A program made the translations under genes and the position numbers. 64,000 nucleotides of DNA from Spirochaetia bacterium (GTDB taxonomy: Bacteria; Spirochaetota; Spirochaetia; DSM-27196; Salinispiraceae): the NCBI GenBank assembly GCA_038204425.1, contig JBBRCZ010000001.1, forward strand, positions 320,001 to 384,000, written 5' to 3'. Numbering within the stretch: the first letter of the stretch is position 1; the number at the start of each line of letters is the position of its first letter. Shown here one piece after another: positions 58,826 through 64,000 of this stretch. The notes below the pieces were generated by a model, which had not been told where the DNA came from, did not search any database, and saw only the letters and a program-made list of their open reading frames with translations.

Positions 58826-59898
58826 ATGAGTCTTCTTCTAAAAATGAGTTCGTTAAAATACTACGAGAGTTCAATAGATATCCCTGGTCTTGTCAGGAAA
58901 GCAATTAGATTGGGCAACGCTAGGACAGAGACTAAAACAAACGAACAAGTCAATAAAAAAAAAACGATTCTTCAGCACTAGTTCAGTCTGCTTTTGATGG
59001 ACAAGAACTACTTGATCTTGGCGCTCTGGTTAATAGTCTTATAAAATATAGCGTAAGACAGAGAAAGGGTTTTGCAGGTTTAATTGACCTGTTTCCCGTT
59101 CTGCAAGATCTTATCGGTTTTACTTCGGCACTTTTCCTTTTGCCGCAAGTGCAAGATGGCGACCTACTACCATTTGCTTATCGAGGCTTAGACAATGGTG
59201 CTGTTTTTGACTTCAAAATTACCCAGCAAGAACTTGGTTTTTTAGGTGCACATAGCACTGTCTTGACTCCACAAGATCTTTCCGCAGTTGAATCAAAATT
59301 AAAGCTTGCAAGACTAAACAAAGATCTTGAGTTTACTTGGTTGGTCAAATCCAACCGTGCCCAACAGCCCTTTGCCTTGCTCATATTCAACTCATCATTG
59401 GATTCCGTAAGCTCCGAAAAAGCTACTTTGGCTCTTGATGCAATTGGTCAAATAGTAAATTCTCTTGAGCTCAATCAACTATTGAAGGCAGATAGATCAA
59501 CACACTACTTTGTTGCGGATCTAAAAAACAATCACGAACTAAGAACTTCAACCGTTGATGGAAGCATTAAGTCTCTTTTGCTTTTTAGGTCAGATCTATT
59601 TCTTGATTCAATAGCCTGCCTATTACCAAGTATTGAAAAAAACTTCATTGAAACTATTGCACATCGCCACTTGTCATCCTTACTTCAAAACTACCATAGC
59701 GGTACAATCTATCTTCGCGATACACTGATATTTTTGGTCAGAATTGAAGTATCAGAGTTGCAATCGCACGTGCTTCCTCTGATAAAGGACTCTTTTCTTG
59801 AACTTTTTGGCTTTGGTAGTCAGGAACGCTCTATTGAATACTTTGAAACTAGAATGCCCGAATATCTAATTGAACTTGCGTCTGAAACTATTAAATAA
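58826..59898 (+). CDS. Hypothetical protein encoded across a -1 frame change at A10 (58955-58964); 51-aa short product or about 357-aa fusion
   Basis: ATG 58826 has a GGGGA SD and its frame stops at 58981. The -1 frame opens at 58957, right after TAA 58954-58956, and runs to 59898 with no ATG/GTG/TTG before 59140. Confidence 0.65.
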
Positions 59899-59906
59899 TT
59901 AGAAAA

Positions 59907-61301
59907 ATGGCGAACTTTGTGATTAAAATCAATCAAAACCAGCAGAAATCAGCATTTTTTGCGGGCCGATCTTTGCTGTCAACCAGGAATCCGGACGCAC
60001 AAATTGCAAAGTATATGAGTGAGCAAGAAATTGACAAGCATGATACGGTTCTATTGCTTGCCCCACCGTTCCAATATATGCAGGCCTGGCTCTCGCACCA
60101 ACGGCAGGATTTCTTTGTGGTCTTTCCTGAGTACAACGAAATATTTGATAATGCCAACCTTGCAAGCTCTAAGAAGACTTGGACAGGTGGCAAAGACCTT
60201 AGTATTGGTGTTTTCTTAGAATCCATATTGGATGAACACAACTTTAAGAAACTTAAAATTATTGAGTGGTCTCCCATTAGTTCGCTTTACCATAACTTTA
60301 GAACTGATTTTTTGGCAGCAATCAAATCAACCATTTTTGGTATTCAGCAAAACATTGCAACACAGTCTTTTTTTGGTGGGCGCTGGAATAGCAACACTGT
60401 TTTGAACATCAAATTCATTGAGAATATCCGCTCACCAGCTCGCAGTCAGGGTGTGTGTCTGCTCGCAGCTTCTGGACCCAGCCTTCAACGCAGCCTTGGA
60501 GAGATCCAACGATTCAGAGAACGAGTTGTACTTGCCGCACTTCCCTCTAGTCTTGACTTTCTTACCAGCAACAACATAGTTCCTGATTTGGTATTTAGCT
60601 CAGACGGTGGTTACTACGCAGATATTCACCTGCGCGGCTTTCTTCAAAGAACTAAGCGTAACAAAAAACAGCCGGTCTTTGTTGCGCCTTTTAGAGCAAA
60701 TTTGAGACCGTTTTTTGGCAGTAATAGCTCAGTTTGCTTGACAAGTACCGATACACCCTTGGAAAACTCTATATTGGACTGCAATGAGTACAAGTCAGAT
60801 TTTGCAGTTCTACCCGACCGTGGTACTGTTGCAGCATCAGCGATTGACTACTTGCTCGCTTTTCATAAGGGGCCCATTCTGCTTGCCGGACTTGATCTCG
60901 CGAATTACGATCTAAGCATGCATATCGAACCTCACACCTACTCATACACACATTTTTTTGAGCAAGAAAGAACGACTCCTTGCTTTGATTCTAAAATTAA
61001 AGAATTGTATTGGTCACGTGTATGGAATATTGAAAAATGGTGGAGAAATCCTGCACTACAGCGCTATTTTGAATGGTTTCGCATGCAATCTACAAGTAAC
61101 CTTAGCTATCAGCATAATGTCTTTTGCCACAAGGTTGAGAGTCTGGAAGATCAGTTGTCTTTTTCTTGTTTTGTACCTGCAAAAATCCAAGAACTTCTGT
61201 CTACTTTTACTATACCCGTCAATCGTGTAACTGAGGGCGTAAAAATACCGCGTACTTGCTTTGATAGCTATCTTAAAAAGTATGACAATGTCAAAACCTG
61301 A
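59907..61301 (+). CDS. Maf/DUF115 (MptE-like) protein, putative flagellin glycosyltransferase
   Basis: LLSTRNP, TQSFFGGRWNSN, LAASGPSL, IVPDLVFSSDGG, GTVAASA, LAGLDL. Confidence 0.8.
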   Translation: MANFVIKINQNQQKSAFFAGRSLLSTRNPDAQIAKYMSEQEIDKHDTVLLLAPPFQYMQAWLSHQRQDFFVVFPEYNEIFDNANLASSKKTWTGGKDLSIGVFLESILDEHNFKKLKIIEWSPISSLYHNFRTDFLAAIKSTIFGIQQNIATQSFFGGRWNSNTVLNIKFIENIRSPARSQGVCLLAASGPSLQRSLGEIQRFRERVVLAALPSSLDFLTSNNIVPDLVFSSDGGYYADIHLRGFLQRTKRNKKQPVFVAPFRANLRPFFGSNSSVCLTSTDTPLENSILDCNEYKSDFAVLPDRGTVAASAIDYLLAFHKGPILLAGLDLANYDLSMHIEPHTYSYTHFFEQERTTPCFDSKIKELYWSRVWNIEKWWRNPALQRYFEWFRMQSTSNLSYQHNVFCHKVESLEDQLSFSCFVPAKIQELLSTFTIPVNRVTEGVKIPRTCFDSYLKKYDNVKT

Positions 61302-62910
61302 GTATACATTTTCCTTTGAGCCAAGCTTAAGTACATCGGTTAAAGTACCTGTCATAAAATTTTCTGGTCGGGAGTATTGGTTAGGATCTAAATATGATCC
61401 TAAAAAAGAGGCCCAAAAGATTGTAGATTCTATAGAATACAGCAGTCTCTTTATAGTTCTTGGTTTCGGTGATGGCTTTCTAAGTGACCTCTTAGCCAAA
61501 AAACATACCGGATCGTCTATTATGGTTGTGGATTTCTTTGATGAGATGGAAGACTGGATTAGGGACAGTGCCTCAATAAGGAGTCTCAGTTCTAAGTTTG
61601 TTGACTTTCAAATCTGCCCAAATGGCGGGAGCCTAGAAAGCTTAGTAGCAAGACACTATTCGCCACTTTTTTTCTCGAGTGTTCGAATCATCGCATCACC
61701 TGCGCTCAGTAATTATCAAAGGCTTTTGGTTTATGATCCACTAAAAGTGGCTATGCAAACAATAGAAAGGCTGTCAAATGATTTTGTAACTCAAAGTGTA
61801 TTCGGAAAGATCTGGCACCGAAACATAGTGCATAATCTGCGCTATCTTGCACGCTCGCCCCGTAGTGGTCAAGAATACAAAAGCTTAGAACTAGGATTAA
61901 AAGACAAGGATTGTCTCATTCTGGGTGCTGGCCCTGGCCTTGAAGTGTATAAGCAACAGATTATAGCCCTACAAAAGAAGGGCCATAAAATAGCCTGTGC
62001 TGACGCAAGCCTAAACTGGGTGATCGCAAATCTCGGAACCTATCCAGATATAGTCCTAAGCATAGACCCCCAGGACTACACGCTTTTTCATACTGGCTTT
62101 GTGGATACCAAACACTGCTTTACAACCTACCTCAGTGATCTTGGAGCCCACAGACAGCTATTTGCAAAGCACAGCGCTTTACCAGTCAACTGCGGCCATC
62201 CGCTGGCCTTTTTTTTGACAGAGGGGCAAGGGTTACCCGAGCTAAAGGATAACGGAGCAAATGTTGGACATGCACTGTGTTCACTATTGTTGCAAATTGG
62301 CGTAAAGTCGGCAACCGTCTTTGGTTTGGATTTTGCTTATTTTAAGGCAATGCCGTATAGCAAAAATACTGAATGGTTTGCCAGTGCCTATCAAGCGCAA
62401 GATAGAAAAACACCCATTGAAGGCAAAATTATGGCTATAAAGGCTGATTGGAGCTCGCAGAAAGATGAAATTGCGACATTCTTTAGTTTTAGTAATCAAC
62501 GCTTCGTTAACTACTATAATGCTTTTAAAGATCGGTTTGAGATTTCGAAGCTTAGCTATATGGCCTGCTTCACTGAAAGAAGCTTTCCTGGTCAATCGAA
62601 CAACGTTGCCTACAAGGGCTCCAAGGGCTTCTATGTGTCAGATACCATAAATATTGATTTCAGTGACTTGACCTCTAGATTTATGCAGCTAAGTGAATTT
62701 TTGGAAGCCAACAGAACATTCAGCCCGTTGAGTTTGCTTAAATCGAAGAGTAACTATTCAAGAAATGTATTGTCAGCACATCTCCCGCTTATAACACATT
62801 TTTTTTCAAGGGCAATAAGGGCTGGCTTCAATCCGTCCGATAGTATTACAATAGCTGGTGAGCAAGCTTTTTCCTACTCAAAACGTTTGCTGGATCTCGC
62901 TAAGAATTAG
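61282..62910 (+). CDS. Maf/DUF115 (MptE-like) protein, second paralogue
   Basis: SKYDPKKEA, LGFGDG, TQSVFGKIWHRN, ILGAGPGL, PDIVLSIDPQ, GANV, FGLDFAY. Start is 61282 or 61288. Confidence 0.85.
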   Translation: MTMSKPEYTFSFEPSLSTSVKVPVIKFSGREYWLGSKYDPKKEAQKIVDSIEYSSLFIVLGFGDGFLSDLLAKKHTGSSIMVVDFFDEMEDWIRDSASIRSLSSKFVDFQICPNGGSLESLVARHYSPLFFSSVRIIASPALSNYQRLLVYDPLKVAMQTIERLSNDFVTQSVFGKIWHRNIVHNLRYLARSPRSGQEYKSLELGLKDKDCLILGAGPGLEVYKQQIIALQKKGHKIACADASLNWVIANLGTYPDIVLSIDPQDYTLFHTGFVDTKHCFTTYLSDLGAHRQLFAKHSALPVNCGHPLAFFLTEGQGLPELKDNGANVGHALCSLLLQIGVKSATVFGLDFAYFKAMPYSKNTEWFASAYQAQDRKTPIEGKIMAIKADWSSQKDEIATFFSFSNQRFVNYYNAFKDRFEISKLSYMACFTERSFPGQSNNVAYKGSKGFYVSDTINIDFSDLTSRFMQLSEFLEANRTFSPLSLLKSKSNYSRNVLSAHLPLITHFFSRAIRAGFNPSDSITIAGEQAFSYSKRLLDLAKN

Positions 62911-62933
62911 TAGTTCTCGTTACAAAGGGTTTT

Positions 62934-64000
62934 ATGGGAAAAGTCTTCGCAATTCTGGTCTTTTCGATATTGATAGTATTGATACTTGGGCTTACACTTT
63001 ACAAATCAACTGTATCACAGGAAAACGAAATCTTGATGGTTAAGCTTTTGCCTAAGGTTGAGGCATTGTTTGAGGACAATCCAATCGAAGGTCCCCAGAG
63101 AAAAAGCAGGTTGGCCGCAGACATCTTTGATGTGTTGCAGAAAAAAAACAGCCTAGACCATTTTGCAGTTTTTGCAGCCGGAAAAAATTTGGTTTTCTAT
63201 TGGTCACGTTACCCTTCACTCAATCCACAGTTGGACTTCTTTGCTCAAAGTTCATTCCAAAGTCTCATAAGCACATACCAAGTCAAAGACTTCACAATCT
63301 ACTCCCGCACCGAGTTAATTACCGTGGAACTTGGCGTCTATGTTACCTTGTCAATCGCATTGATCTTTTTACTTGTTGTTGTTTTATTTTCTATTGCAAG
63401 CAGGAAGGTAAAGTCCGTCGATAGCCAAGCTCTAGATTTTGAATACAACGCAAGAACAGCGGCTATCATCATTCCACTTCAAGAACAACAAGAACAGTTT
63501 AGTGCGAGCATTAAGAACGAGTTAAGTCAACTAGAACAGAAAAAGTATAGACGCACAGAGGGTTTGATTGACCGGTTTACCGGTGTCTGCCGAGGTGATA
63601 TTCTTGAATATAGGCTGGAAAAGGAACTTGCACGGTCAGCAGAAAATAACGTAGATCTCAGCTTGCTTCTTGTCAGATTTAGAGGGCTTAAGGCCACCAA
63701 AAAGACCAATGCCGCTCAGGTTATGATAGACGAGTTTACCCACGAGGATTTGATATTTGAATACGGAGATGACGCTTTCTTTGTTATTCTACCGCAGTCT
63801 GACTTTGACCAAAGTTTAGCAAAGACCGAACTGTTTATTGCTCGAAGAGATTTTAATTTACTTAATGGGATAGACGAAAAGGTGGTAACGCTACTAGCTG
63901 GAATATCATCAAGAAACGGTAGACTAATGAATTCTAAACGTCTTATCAATGAGGTACAAATAGCAATCAAAAGAGCAAGGGATCAGGACGGAAAGATTGT
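62934..64000 (+). CDS. Membrane protein with degenerate GGDEF-like domain (partial, runs off the window end)
   Basis: Absent from the ORF track. ATG 62934 is open to the edge: two TM segments, then IDRFTGV...LEYRLEKELARSAENNVDLSLLLV...DLIFEYGDDAFFVILP...GISSRNGR. Confidence 0.8.
   Translation, partial: MGKVFAILVFSILIVLILGLTLYKSTVSQENEILMVKLLPKVEALFEDNPIEGPQRKSRLAADIFDVLQKKNSLDHFAVFAAGKNLVFYWSRYPSLNPQLDFFAQSSFQSLISTYQVKDFTIYSRTELITVELGVYVTLSIALIFLLVVVLFSIASRKVKSVDSQALDFEYNARTAAIIIPLQEQQEQFSASIKNELSQLEQKKYRRTEGLIDRFTGVCRGDILEYRLEKELARSAENNVDLSLLLVRFRGLKATKKTNAAQVMIDEFTHEDLIFEYGDDAFFVILPQSDFDQSLAKTELFIARRDFNLLNGIDEKVVTLLAGISSRNGRLMNSKRLINEVQIAIKRARDQDGKI

Noticed and set aside
63200..63970. Three short ORFs at the window end
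   Set aside because: All overlap the continuous plus-strand GGDEF-like ORF starting at 62934.
1..64000. CRISPR arrays, IS elements, integrases or prophage genes, including next to the tRNAs
   Set aside because: No regularly spaced repeats, transposase or integrase motifs, or att-like duplications were seen by eye.

Overview
Gene-dense core-genome segment of a spirochaete. The assignment is inferred from the mltG-dnaG-rpoD-zinc-ribbon gene order, a DUF1577/PilZN3 protein, a long insert-bearing RecJ, a TP0183-like protein and tandem Maf genes. It holds about 50 CDSs, four tRNAs (Tyr, Thr, fMet, elongator Met; none encodes CCA), several intrinsic terminators and clear sigma70 promoters. I saw no mobile element, prophage or CRISPR array. 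Main leads: (1) a 1670-aa exported protein (26.2-31.2 kb) whose motifs run collinear with my recollection of the Bacteroidota type IX secretion translocon SprA/Sov, followed by two paralogous probable outer-membrane beta-barrels (one FecR-fused) and preceded by a ComFB cyclic-dinucleotide receptor gene, i.e. a candidate T9SS-like export locus in a spirochaete; (2) a gene split by a -1 frame change exactly at an A10 run (58955-58964) in an operon with an acidic scaffold-like protein, two Maf proteins and a degenerate GGDEF protein; (3) a coupled metallophosphoesterase plus ParB/Srx-fold pair; (4) many apparently leaderless promoters. All family calls come from reading motifs by eye, not from database searches.
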